From: Octopus sinensis
Taxonomy: Eukaryota
Direction of reading: 5' to 3'
DNA: 34,012 nucleotides
Assembly (NCBI RefSeq): GCF_006345805.1
Contig: NW_021831961.1
Location: forward strand, 1 to 34,012
In this document: in pieces, positions 1-11,752 of the stretch
Numbering within the stretch: position 1 is the stretch's first letter
Layout of the letters: every line of letters begins with the position of its first letter
Made by a program: the position numbers and the translations under genes
The notes under the pieces: model-generated
What the model was told of the DNA's origin: nothing
Seen by the model: only the letters and a program-made list of their open reading frames with translations
The model's database searches: none

Positions 1-625
1 TTATTATTTATACACTATTATTGGTGATAAACGATATTTTATTTTTTGCCATTCATACGAAGACCAACAAATCCTTTATCTGTCGCTGACGCAATAACTA
101 TGAAATAGATGCCGTATAGAAGTCTACGGAGCCAAAGGTGATATAGTGTGCAATGATGTTTATTATTAAAATGTAGTAATGGGTCACTGTTAAAGGATAA
201 GAATGTCACGAGTGACGCCGTTTATTTTACTTTCAAATTTCCCAATGGATGCAGATGCGCAACATCAACAATCTGCTGGAGGTGAAAGCGTATTTAATAA
301 TAAAAACGTTAAACAGCTCAAGTATATTCGCATATGTAGTAAAGAAAGAAGAAAACGTGTCTGTTGATGATATCTGATATTATTTATTTATTCTTCACCA
401 CTCTGGACGCGTTTCACCTTTAGTTTGAAGGCTCTTCAGCGAAGCGTAGCCAATCCGTATCTTACTGTAGCGTTGCATTGGATTGGGTTTATAGATTGTA
501 CTACGCTGAACAGGCTGAAAGTGAAGCGTTGTTGAGAAACATTTAAATATCCGAATACAAATAAATGCACAAACAAACATACATACAGTCATATACACAA
601 AAAACATTCACCCATACAGAGAAAC

Positions 626-660
<35 letters not shown>

Positions 661-750
661 ATTTTTTTTTTTCACGCTAACTACTGATAATTTCTTTTAA
701 AGATTTTATCCTCAATTGTTAATATATATATATATATGCATATGTATATA

Positions 751-1171
751 TACTCTTTACTCTTTTACTCTTTTACTTGTTTCAGTCATTTGACTGCAGC
801 CATGCTGGAGCACAGCCCCAAGTCGAGCAAATCGACCCTGGGACTCATTCCCTGCAAGCCCAGTACTTATTCCATCGGTCTCCCTTGGCGAACCGCCAAG
901 TGACGGGGACGCAAACACACCAGCATCGGTTGTCAAGCAATGCTAGGGGTACAAACACAGACACACAAACACACACACACACATACATATATATACATAT
1001 ATACGACAGGCTTCTTTCAGTTTCCGTCTACAAATCCACTCACAAGGCATTGGTCGGGCCCGGGGCTATAGCAGAAGACACTTGCCCAAGATGCCACGCA
1101 GTGGGCTGAACCCGGAACCATGTGCGTTGTTAGCAAGCTACTTACCACACAGCCACTCCTCCTGCGCCTAT
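751..1171 (-). mobile_element. tRNA-derived SINE, group A, full length
   Basis: Reverse complement of the copies at 5857 and 15381. Head ATAGGCGCAGGAGTGGCTGTGTGG, central TA/TG microsatellite, (AAAAGAGT)n tail at 751-777. Confidence 0.92.
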
Positions 1172-1198
1172 TGTATGTATAAATATGTATATATATAT

Positions 1199-1231
<33 letters not shown>

Positions 1232-1254
1232 CATATAATATATATATATATATA

Positions 1255-1300
<46 letters not shown>

Positions 1301-1498
1301 TGTGTGTGATTATTAGTCATAGAATTATTATTATAATACCAAAAAGCCTTCTTTATATCCGACATTAATGTTTTGTTAGAACGCAGATTACCACGGTATC
1401 TATCTTGAGAGTATTTCTCATAGGGACTCGTGGTCCACATATTTATGACAGAACACATATTTGTAACGTTGGCTGGCGTTAATCATCTGCTTCGGGCG

Positions 1499-1641
1499 CG
1501 CAGGATCTGCCAGATTGCGTGATTTCGACTTACTCCGTCTCTTCAATGACAGAAGTCCGCTAGAAGCATAACAGCCAATATCAGTGATTGTCAACAAAGT
1601 GTCGGAAGATGTCGAAATCACCTGATCTGGCAGTTCCTGCG
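1499..1641. repeat. Imperfect inverted repeat with 31-bp arms
   Basis: Arm 1499-1529 matches the reverse complement of 1611-1641 at 27/31 positions; 81-nt spacer. Confidence 0.85.
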
Positions 1642-1785
1642 TCTGTAGCAGACGATTTTCATGTGACAATGATATGACTGTGTCCGCGTTTATACGCCAT
1701 GAATTTATGTGAAGTTGTTCTCAAGATGAATACTGCGGTATTCGGCATCTTGGGAAACAACCACGTTATGTTGGATCGCAGGTTT

Positions 1786-1945
1786 AGCTGTGCTAAGAAG
1801 CTTGATTCCTTGTCACATGGTTCTCAGTTCAGTCCTACTGTGTAGCACCTTGGGCAAGTATCTTCTACTATAGCTCCGGGACAACCAAAACCTTGTGAGT
1901 GAACTTGGTAGACGAGAACGAAAGAAGGCTGTCGTGTGTGTGTGT
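1786..1945 (+). mobile_element. SINE group A, diverged 5' half
   Basis: CACATGGTTC..GTTCAGTCC..GCACCTTGGGCAAGT.TCTTCTACTATAGC..CCTTGTGAGTG matches the group A head. Confidence 0.8.
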
Positions 1946-1989
1946 ATGTATATGTATATATATATATATATATATTCCTGTTTCTATTC

Positions 1990-2432
1990 CTTCTTGTACT
2001 GTATTTCTTGTAATTGTTTTTTATTTTGCAATTGTTTTTAATTGTGTTGTTTTTACGTCCTGTTTTTGTCACATTTTTTTTCCTTATTTTTGCCCCTCTG
2101 CAAAGGAATTTTATTTAATCCTTTCGCGGGAAGGACTAGTTCGAGAGACGTGTTCTGTCCTCACCTTCGAAACATGCTGGAGTTGAACTAGGGACGGCTG
2201 ATGAAGGGGATTTTTCCTTGTGTAGTTGTCTTGTACTCTGTTTTTTCGTTGTTAAAGGAATGGTCCGTTCCATGATGTTTTTACGTTTTCGTTTCTCGTT
2301 GAGTTCTACGTCTATTTGTGGTATCCTGTACACACGTATATATATTTTATATGCATGTATATATACATGTAGATGTAGGTACGTACATATGTTTGTATGT
2401 ATGCATATATTTTATTTATTACACTATATATA
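1990..2432 (+). mobile_element. Dispersed repeat family P2, probable Penelope-like LTR remnant
   Basis: Homologous to 13545-13950 (+) and 17881-18141 (-). Contains CCTTCGAAAC (GAAAC 2169-2173) and CTGATGA (2198-2204). The Penelope assignment is inference. Confidence 0.6.
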
Positions 2433-2441
2433 TATATATTA

Positions 2442-2514
<73 letters not shown>

Positions 2515-2540
2515 CACCCGTATATATATATACATATATA

Positions 2541-2585
2541 CTAGCAGAGATACTCGGCCTTGCTCGGGTTAAAAGGGCATAGTTT
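2541..2585 (-). mobile_element. Helitron 3' terminus fragment
   Basis: A|CTAGCAG..CTCGGCCTTGCTCGGGTT matches the 7702-7730 terminus (CTAG plus a degenerate hairpin). Confidence 0.65.
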
Positions 2586-2593
2586 TTTTATTG

Positions 2594-2876
2594 TTTTACT
2601 TGATTCAGTCCTGTGATAGCGCCATGCTCGAGCACGGCCGATGGTCGGGCAAATCAACCCCAGGATTTATTATTTATGGGCCTAGTACTTATCCTATCAG
2701 TGTCTTTTGCCGAACAGCTAGGTTATGGGAACGTAAACACAACAACATCGGTTGTCAAGCAATGGTGTGAGTACAAACGCATACACACACACAAATATAT
2801 ACATATATACGAGAGTCTTCTTTCAGTTTCCGTGTAAGAAATCCACTGACAATGATTTGGTTGGCCTGAAGCTATA
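2594..2876 (-). mobile_element. SINE group A, diverged and 5'-truncated
   Basis: Aligns to the tail and body of 751-1171; a further small fragment lies at about 3035-3098. Confidence 0.8.
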
Positions 2877-3228
2877 ATATATACATATACATATACATAT
2901 ATATATATGAATTTAAATAATAGGGTGAAAAATTGAATATTAATTTGATTAATATCAATTTAAACCAGTGACCTGGCATATTGAAAAATCTGAAGATTCA
3001 GAAAAATTATATTACATACATATATATATATATATTCTTTCAGTTTCCACTGATATTGATTCGGTCGGTCCAAGGCTATAGCAGAAGACACTCGCCCATC
3101 TGACTATCTATATAAATATGTATTTATATGGACATATAAGTTCAGTGTAAGTGCTGAACATATATATATACACACACATATATATATATATATATTATGT
3201 ATGTATGTATGTACGTATGTATGTATAT

Positions 3229-3412
3229 ATAGTCAATCCAAACATGAACAAGCAAGGAAGAAGAACAACGCGAGGACATGGAATACGTACAGTGTTATTG
3301 GATGCTCTGGAAAGGAAAGAAAAGAAAGAGGAAATCATCAGAAATATAGAAAAAGTCTAAAGAAGGGAAGATGGAGAAAGAAAATCGTCAACGATACACA
3401 CGCGGTCACATG
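3229..3412 (-). mobile_element. Dispersed repeat family P1, old copy
   Basis: Reverse complement aligns to 28502-28710 and 17590-17776. The core reads CTGATGA (3335-3341) and the downstream stem is deleted. Confidence 0.7.
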
Positions 3413-3529
3413 CGCCAATAAACCACTGTTGTTTCTGAAATTTGTTTTTGTCTACCCCTTCTACGGACTGCTCGAAGCTCACTATACTACACCTTGATCC
3501 TCGGATCTTACGTGTTTACGTATATATAT

Positions 3530-3576
<47 letters not shown>

Positions 3577-3923
3577 GATATATATATATATATATATATA
3601 AATACAATACATGTATATATATATACATATATACACACACACACATAATAATATATATATATTATATTATATATATACCATATATATTTATATATATATA
3701 TATGCATATATATACATATATATATATATAATTTATATACATATATACATATATATATATTCACAAAATTCTATTGGACAAGTTCGAGAAACGAACGAAA
3801 GCCCTAATAATAATGAATAAATAAAAAGATTTTTTTCCCAAATTCTGGTGACCTTTTTTCTCAATATTCTACATCTGTACACCATACCTAATACCCTATA
3901 AATACACACCACCCACACACACA

Positions 3924-3968
<45 letters not shown>

Positions 3969-4144
3969 TATATATGTATATATCTATGTACACAAATATA
4001 CATATGCTCACAGACACGCACTCACACGCAACTCATTGAAAAGACAGGTCACAAGTATGGAGCCAGCCAGATATATTGACCTCACACTGAGTCAGCCTGT
4101 TTCTACTTGTATTTCATAACATCTACTCCGTCATATACTATACC

Positions 4145-4380
4145 AAGGATATCATACAATAGTGCATATCTCAACACCTGTTGTATCATTTTATATGAAT
4201 GATGCTAAATATGTTATCATATAATATCAGATAAGTCTTCACTCGATGTATCATATGTTTGCATAATGAAATTACATTCGTTATCACACGATGTTACATA
4301 ACACTATACTTGTAACCATATACGTTATCATTCAATATTGCTTATCTTTACACATGTCGTATCATATTTATAATGATAAT
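4145..4380. repeat. Degenerate ~33-bp minisatellite / TATCA cluster
   Basis: TATCA at 4150, 4184, 4215, 4225, 4249, 4282, 4326, 4360; spacings mostly 31-34 bp. Confidence 0.5.
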
Positions 4381-4621
4381 ATTGATTTCTAACACTGGTA
4401 CAATGTTAGTATACAGAGGTGAGGTGAGTAGGTTTACTGCACAGTCGACTGCATTTCACTGTACTTGACTAGTGTTTTGGTGTTCTGTTATCAATCTTGT
4501 GAGGATAATAGGTAAATTCGACTTTGGAGTATTTTGAAATCAATGCGTAAAGACATATAAGTATATACAGCGAGGCTCTTTGTTCGGTACACCACCGTGT
4601 GTGCCAATGAAAATGTATATA

Positions 4622-5730
4622 CAATGTGCATTCCAGAAGTTTTGAGACTTTCTTTCAGGCGATACATTTATTAATGTCAAGGAAATACAAGACTCTAATC
4701 TCCTCCAAAATTGGATCTTTCCATTTCAGTTACTTGCTGTAACACTCCAGCCACTTTATCAAGATCACATGTCCCATAGAAGTCCTGCAAAATTAAGGTG
4801 TCCAGAACCCTTCTATGACCTCTTTAATTTTCTGAGTATCTTCAAAACGACTGACATCCACAGTTCTCTTTCAACTTGGGAATACCCAAAAGACAAAGAG
4901 AGCAACGTCTGGATCGTAGAGCGAGTGAGGGACAGTTCTGATACCCATCTTCTGAAGCCCATCTTCGTTAAGCAGGTGATTGCCAGGATAGAATTGCAGA
5001 CTGGAACATTGTTCTGGTGCAGATTCGCTGGCATTTTGCGACGAAACGTTTTTTAGAACTTACTCAAACCTTTCACAAAGTATTCTTTGTTGACTATCTG
5101 ATCAGAGGAAATCCAGTAAATGAGGATTATATTATTGCAGTCGGAAAAGGGAATCATTATGAGCTTCCCGGTTAAATTTCTGAGCCTGGCCTCTTGGTGC
5201 AAGCAAAGGAAACTCATATATCGCAATACTACACAGTGGCTGTGTAAGCTACGCAATCCTCGTCGCCACTGTTATATCGCCCGTTCAGATCACCGATACT
5301 CAACTCTACTCCTACAGCTACTCTATGTCTAGACTTCTCCCTCTATATCTACGTATTGGGCTAGTCTACTTCATCGTCTGGGGGCGTCAGCACAACAGAA
5401 ACAGATGCTCAGCTCGTACAAGTTAATATGTAAGCAGTTTGGAGCATTTCATAAGTCTTTATAGCGCTTCTGGCCCAGTTTAACACAAAACTTTATTGTA
5501 TAGTAAGCGTCCAAACGTCCCGACTACATTCTGCAAACTAGTCAGTTGTGACAAGCAGTGTTTATTAAAGTGTATCCAAAGTGCTGTTACAGCTGTTTCT
5601 TTCAATCTGGATTAACAAAAGTTGGCGAGACAGTTTAATAGCCGTATAGTAATGATACAGAAAAATTACAATAATCTAGGACAGTTATAACAGCTTCTAC
5701 AAAAGTCTCAAACATCTGGTATGTAATTTG
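4622..5730 (-). mobile_element. Mariner DNA transposon fossil with both TIRs
   Basis: TIRs 4622-4651 and 5702-5730 match at 24/30 positions. TA flanks at 4620-4621 and 5731-5732; transposase remnants inside. Confidence 0.88.
4695..5502 (-). pseudogene. Mariner (DD34D-type) transposase pseudogene
   Basis: Frameshifted motifs appear in the expected order: YTIKFCVKLG / KTYEMLQTAY, possible GDE, GKLIMIPFSD..VNKEYFV, LHQNNVPV.NSIL..CLTKMG, TVPHSLYDPDVA (from HPPYSPDLA), LECYSK*..FGGD*. About 270 codons implies an internal deletion. Confidence 0.9.
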
Positions 5731-5856
5731 TAATTTATACATGTACAATATTTTGTACAAAAAAATTATAGCTTGTCATTCAATATTGCAATGCTCAACA
5801 AATATTTCAAGGAAATTTCACTCAAAAGCAACTCATATTTGAAAAAGAGACATCAT

Positions 5857-6279
5857 ATAGGTGCAGGAGTGGCTGTGTGGTAAGTAGCTTGCTTAACAAC
5901 CACATGGTTCTTGGTTCAGTGCCACTGCGTGGCACCTTGGGCAAGTGTCTTCTACTATAGCCTCGGGTTGACCAAAACCTTGTGAGTGGATTTGGTAGAC
6001 GGAAACTGAAAGAAGCCCGTCGTATCTATGTATATATATATATGTATATGTGTGTATATGTGTCTGTGTATTTGTGTCTGTGTTTTTCCCCCCAACAAGG
6101 CTTGGCAACCGATGCTGGTGTGTTTACGTCCCCGTAACTTAGCGGTTCGGTAAAAGAGACCGATAGAATAAGTACTAGGCTTACAAAGAATAAGTCCTGG
6201 GGTCGATTTGCTCGATTAAAGGCGGTGCTTCAGCATGGCCGCAATCAAATGACTGAAACAAGTAAAAGAGTAAAGAGTA
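5857..6279 (+). mobile_element. SINE group A, full length
   Basis: A-box-like TGGCTGTGTGG, B-box-like GGTTCAGTGCC, CORE-like CACCTTGGGCAAGT, central microsatellite, AAAAGAGT tail. Confidence 0.93.
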
Positions 6280-6611
6280 CCCTTATACCCATTGCTGTTG
6301 GTTAAAATATTATAAAAGTTTTGTTACCAGTTTTCATATTCAAAAGTAGGATATATCAAACAGCTTTTCTGCACTGGTCTTTACACGTATAGAGCACCCT
6401 CCATGTTTAGCCTCGAAGAAATAGTCAACACATCATATCCAAGGTGCTTGAGACGTCTTACCGGAACTCATTTGCCGTCACTGTTTCGAAACTGCTGATT
6501 CGGATGCAAAACCTATACGCTGTTCTGAGTTTTGATGCAGGGAAGTTTTGGTGCCGAGAAAAGTAGTTTTCATTCTACATGACTACATCACAACTAGCCA
6601 CCACGACTCAC

Positions 6612-6860
6612 TTTTTAAACCGACTCTCCGTCGGTTACGACGACGCTGGTTCCTGTTCATCCGATCAACAGAACAAGCTGCTCGTGAAATTAACGCGCAT
6701 GTGGCTGAGCACTCTACAGATACGCGTACCCTTAACTTAGTTCTCGGGGAAATTCAGCGTGACCCGTGACAAGGCTGGCCCTTTGAAATACAGGTACTAC
6801 TCATTTTTGCCAGCTGAGTGGACTAGAGCAACACGAAATAAAGTGTCATGCTCAATACAC
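6612..6860 (-). mobile_element. SINE fragment carrying tail module Y with a different central domain
   Basis: 6625-6800 is the reverse complement of the 30290-30440 tail. The adjoining segment (GAGCATGACACTT..CTAGTCCACTCAGCTGGCAAAAATGAGTAG) differs from the body of the 30098 element. Confidence 0.8.
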
Positions 6861-6882
6861 TTTACTACTAAACCTCATTTAC

Positions 6883-7243
6883 GTCGAGCAAATCGACCCA
6901 GGACTTATTCTTTGTAAGCCTAGTATTTATTCTATCACTCTCTTTTGCCGACCCGCTAAGTTACGAGGACGTAAACACACCAGCATCGGTTGTCAAGTGA
7001 TGTTGGGTGGGGGAACAAACATCGACTCACAAACATATACACAAACACCACACACACACAACACACACACATATATATTATATATATATATATATACATG
7101 CATATATACGACAGGATTCTTTCAGTTTCCGTCTACCAAATCCACTCACAAGACACTTGCCCAAGGTGCTACGCAATGGGACTGAACCCGGGACCATGTG
7201 GTTGTAAGCGAGCTACTTACCACACAGCCACTCTTACGCCTAT
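6883..7243 (-). mobile_element. SINE group A with internal deletion
   Basis: Aligns to 751-1171 but lacks the GCTTTGGTCGGCCCGAGGCTATAG block (junction near 7130). Confidence 0.9.
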
Positions 7244-7429
7244 TGATGAAATGTTAAAAAGAAATGTTACAAAGAAAGACAATACAAATGTCGCATAATA
7301 ATATCTGTAGGGATTTGATGAAGCAAGTTGAGCTAATAGTGCTTTTAAATGTTAACACCCTTACCAAAACAGTTAATATTGTATCAGCAATGCTATTTCT
7401 TTTTCCATTCATGAAGAGGATTGGTATCA

Positions 7430-7630
7430 AATCTTGGCTCAAGGCCAGAAACTTCCGGGGAGGAGGTAAGTTGATTACTTCGACTCCAGTATTCAGCTGG
7501 TACTTATTTTATCGACCCCGAAAGGATGAAAGGAAAAGTCAACTTCAACGGAATTTGAACGCAGAAGATGGACGAAATGTCGTTAAGCATTTTCGCAGGC
7601 GTGCTAAAAATCCGGTCAGTTCACCGCCTT
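7430..7630 (-). mobile_element. SINE group B, tail type 1
   Basis: GGTACTTATTTTATCGACCCCGAAAGGATGAAAGG block shared with 8400, 25925, 26106 and 32047. Confidence 0.85.
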
Positions 7631-7701
7631 AAATTCAGAAAGCTCACTGCTCATACTTCTCCGATGAAGATCTGATCTGAATAAAGCTCTTTTATAAATA
7701 A

Positions 7702-8214
7702 CTAGCAGTATCGCCCGGCGTTGCTCGGGTTTGTAAGGGAAATAACTATATAAGCATTTTTAGAGAGTTACTTCCCTTATAGATGCCAATTCGGGCTTTC
7801 TTAGCCATTTCTGTTTTGGTGTCTTCAAGCCATGAAGTCGTTGTTCTAAAAGAACGCTGGTCTCCTTGACAACGCTTCACGACGTTGATTTCCTTACACT
7901 CCCTTCCCCACAGCTTCACGAGGGAGGGAAGAAGGGGGAGAAGCAAACAGGTGCAGGTGTGACCATGGACGCCAACTCCGCCGCAATCGACACACGAAAC
8001 ATTATGCATTAAAATGGAATAAAAAATGATGTTAAATTATTTTTAAAATCGTAGACTCATCGTAGACGCGCGCTAATACTCAGACGGGCTCGATATGAAT
8101 CACGACTATAAGATACCCGAATTTGGTTAAACTGCACCGCAAAATGTGGGAGTAGTTAGGAATCTAAATCGAAGGGGATAGACACTCACACAACTACAGT
8201 TTTATATATATAGA
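7702..8214 (-). mobile_element. Complete non-autonomous Helitron (513 bp)
   Basis: On the minus strand: 5' TC, 3' CTAG, 16-nt hairpin (7714-7729) 8 nt from CTAG; inserted between A and T with no TSD. Confidence 0.88.
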
Positions 8215-8399
8215 TAATCTTTATCTGAGTTTTTATATATCACTATGTATTTATTTATATGTTAAATAAAGAGAAACAACACCATTTAAAATTTTTCAGT
8301 TAAATTTGTTACTGTTTTGTTTTTCGTTTTATATGTTTTTCGTTTATGTGTACACAGAAAAATGTCGAGTTTGATCCGATAGGGTTCGTTCTCATTCAG

Positions 8400-8558
8400 T
8401 CTATCTTTACGTTCTGAGTTCAAATTCCGCTGAGGTCGACTTTGCCTTTCATCCTTTCGGGATCGATAAATTAAGTACCAATTGCGTACTGGGGTCGACC
8501 TAATCGACTGGCCCCTACCCCAAAAATTTCGGGCCTTGTGCGTAGAGTAGAAAAGAAT
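8400..8558 (+). mobile_element. SINE group B, tail type 1
   Basis: B-box GTTCAAATTCC followed by GTCGACTTTGCCTTTCATCCTTTCGGG.TCGATAAATTAAGTACC. Confidence 0.88.
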
Positions 8559-8677
8559 ATTTTTTTTATTTTGTAGCATAGTATGTTTTCTTCAGAAATT
8601 GAAACAGTTTCATGTTTCTCCCGCGCTTTCTAACTCTCTTTTTCTTTATAGGCTAACGTGTTTTTCTCTATGCATTT

Positions 8678-8790
8678 AATTATTTTATCGATCCTGAAAG
8701 GACGAGAGGCACAGTTGACGCCGGTGGGATTTGAACACATAACATTAAAAGCCTGAACAATAATTACAAGGAATTTTGTCCGACGCGTCA
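8678..8790 (-). mobile_element. SINE group B, degraded
   Basis: TTATCGATCCTGAAAGGACGAGAGGCACAGTTGAC..GGGATTTGAAC. Confidence 0.6.
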
Positions 8791-9717
8791 ACGTCCACCT
8801 TCTCCTCATCCTAATCATCATTCTGCTCAACATCTCTACTGACATCCTCATCATCATCATCATCACCATCATGAATAGAAAGTAAAAGTGATTTTAAATC
8901 AGAGGTGTTTTCTTTCCTTTTCTTTTCTTTGTTTTAGTTTTTGACATTTTTCGTGTAATAAAATTATGTTGATGAAAAAAAAAAGATATTAAAGAATATT
9001 AAAAGGAAACAAAAAAGAGAAAAACAAATAAACAAACAAGCAAAAAGACATCTTAATATTAAAAAAAATAAAAGAGGAAAAGATATAACTACTATAAATT
9101 AATACGCTGCTGCCACGTGTGTATCTGTTTATCTGATTGACTAAGATTTTTATCTAGAGATTCACTGAGGCCCAAATACCCCACTTCCTTTCATTCTACG
9201 CTTTCTTTTTGTATATGTGTCCATATATTACATTATACATACACAAATATATATATATATATATATAACATCCATTTAGATTTATAAGTATATAAGTTTG
9301 GACAAGTATAGATAGATATAAGAAAGTGTATGTGCGACTACATATGTCCATATATTACATTATACATACACAAATATATACATATATACATATGTCACAA
9401 ATAACGAACACACACACAGACATATATATATATATATATATGTATATGTATATGTATATATATACATATATATGTGTGTATAGATATATAATATATATAT
9501 ATGAATATATATATATATATATATATATAATATACGGTATATATACATATATATGAATATATATGTGACACACACACACATATATATATGAATATATATG
9601 TGTGTGTGTGCGTGTGTCTTTTATTATAACGTTACAAATTGAATATACACCCTACATATATGTACTTACATGCGTTTGGGCGTATGTGCATCTCTGCAAA
9701 TATCTATATGTATGCGT

Positions 9718-9750
9718 GTATGTATGTATGTATGTATGTATGTATGTATG

Positions 9751-9780
<30 letters not shown>
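9718..9780. repeat. (TATG)n microsatellite
   Basis: Direct reading. Confidence 0.95.
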
Positions 9781-9781
<1 letters not shown>

Positions 9782-10034
9782 GTAAGTATTATGTATGTAT
9801 GCGTGTATATATATATAAATATAAATACATATACATATATATTTATTACAAAACGAATAGATATTTTGGTATGTATAGGTGTATGTATGTACATAGTGGA
9901 GGTGTAATTTTTATCAGTTACGTCTAGTTTTTGTTTAAAATATGCAAGTGTATACATATCTTGAAATATATATTGAAATATGCACATACATATGTTTATA
10001 TATATACATATGTGTATACATATATTTGTAAATG

Positions 10035-10037
<3 letters not shown>

Positions 10038-10089
<52 letters not shown>
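10038..10089. repeat. (CA)n microsatellite
   Basis: Direct reading. Confidence 0.95.
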
Positions 10090-10091
<2 letters not shown>

Positions 10092-10549
10092 GTATAATTT
10101 ATTTCATTCATATAAATTCTGAATATCTTTTATGCACATTCCAAAACTTATACCTATTTATCAGATTTTTTCTTTATCCACGTTTTCGACTATCAAGTAC
10201 TCACAACAAATATATAAAACATGTCAAAACACATAAAAACAAATGTTATACGCACATACCTAGATGTACATGCACATACACACACATACACGCACAGATA
10301 TGTATCAATACACGTTTATGTACATGTGTGTGTGTGCATATAAATGCATATATACATATAACATATTTATATTAATATTTCTAGATGTATCCATTGACAA
10401 ATATATATATATGAATTAATGCAAGTATTTGTGAATATTTATATGTATATATTTACAGATCCATATATTTTAGTATTTCTGTATGTATATATGTACATAT
10501 ATATATATATGTATATATATTATATATATATATAATAATATATATAATA

Positions 10550-10593
<44 letters not shown>

Positions 10594-10757
10594 ATTATTC
10601 ATACATGTATATATATATATATGTAAATATATACATGTATCTGTATAATAATATATATATATATGTACGGATGATGGGTGTGTGCGCGTGTGCTCATTTA
10701 TGCATGCGTGTATGTTTATAGACATATATATATAATATACATACATATATATATATA

Positions 10758-10812
<55 letters not shown>

Positions 10813-10949
10813 TATATATATATATATATATATATAATATACACGCACGTATATATGCATATATTGAGACAGACTACATATGTTGTATGTGCGTATGTGC
10901 GTGCGTGTGTTATATGTATCTAATAAAAAATAAACAAAGAAGTAAAAAT

Positions 10950-11000
10950 AACAATAATAATGATGATGTTGATAATAATAATATAATAATAATAATATAA

Positions 11001-11038
<38 letters not shown>

Positions 11039-11085
11039 TAATAATAATAATAATGATAATAATAATAATAATAACGATAATAATA
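10950..11085. repeat. (AAT)n imperfect microsatellite
   Basis: Direct reading. Confidence 0.95.
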
Positions 11086-11715
11086 AATGGTCGCGTCTAC
11101 TCCTTGGGGAGGTTGTATGGGAAACTGGTCGACTTGAAAGGAAGCATTACATAAAACCGAAATGTCGACTGGTTATCACAAACCCTGGTTGAGTGGCGTA
11201 CATTTTTTGCTGGTAACTTGGCCTTCTAAATGACAAAACTATTAAAGAAAACCTTACTTTTCAGATTTCTTATCAACAACGCAGCTTGACTGAGTCGGGT
11301 ATACGTTCATACGTATATATAGAAATATATACATAGTTACATAGATACTTAGATACATACATACATACATACACATACATATATACATGTATGTATGTAT
11401 ATATTTATTTACATATATATATATAGATTTTATAATGTATATATAAAAATATATATATGTGTGTGTAAATATATGTGTCTGGGTGCATACATATATATAT
11501 ATATATATACATATACATATGTATATATATTTTCGTATATATATATATGTATACACACACACATAATATATATATATGATTCATGTTGTAGATGTTATGT
11601 GGAGATAACTGTGTTAATGAATATATGTAATATATATATATATATGTATATATATGTATATATACATGTATATATATATGTATATAATATATATATATAT
11701 ATATATATAATATAT

Positions 11716-11752
<37 letters not shown>

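Noticed and set aside
7660-7685. CCGATGAAGATCTGATCTGAA hammerhead-like string
   Set aside because: No GAAA, no viable stems, single copy.
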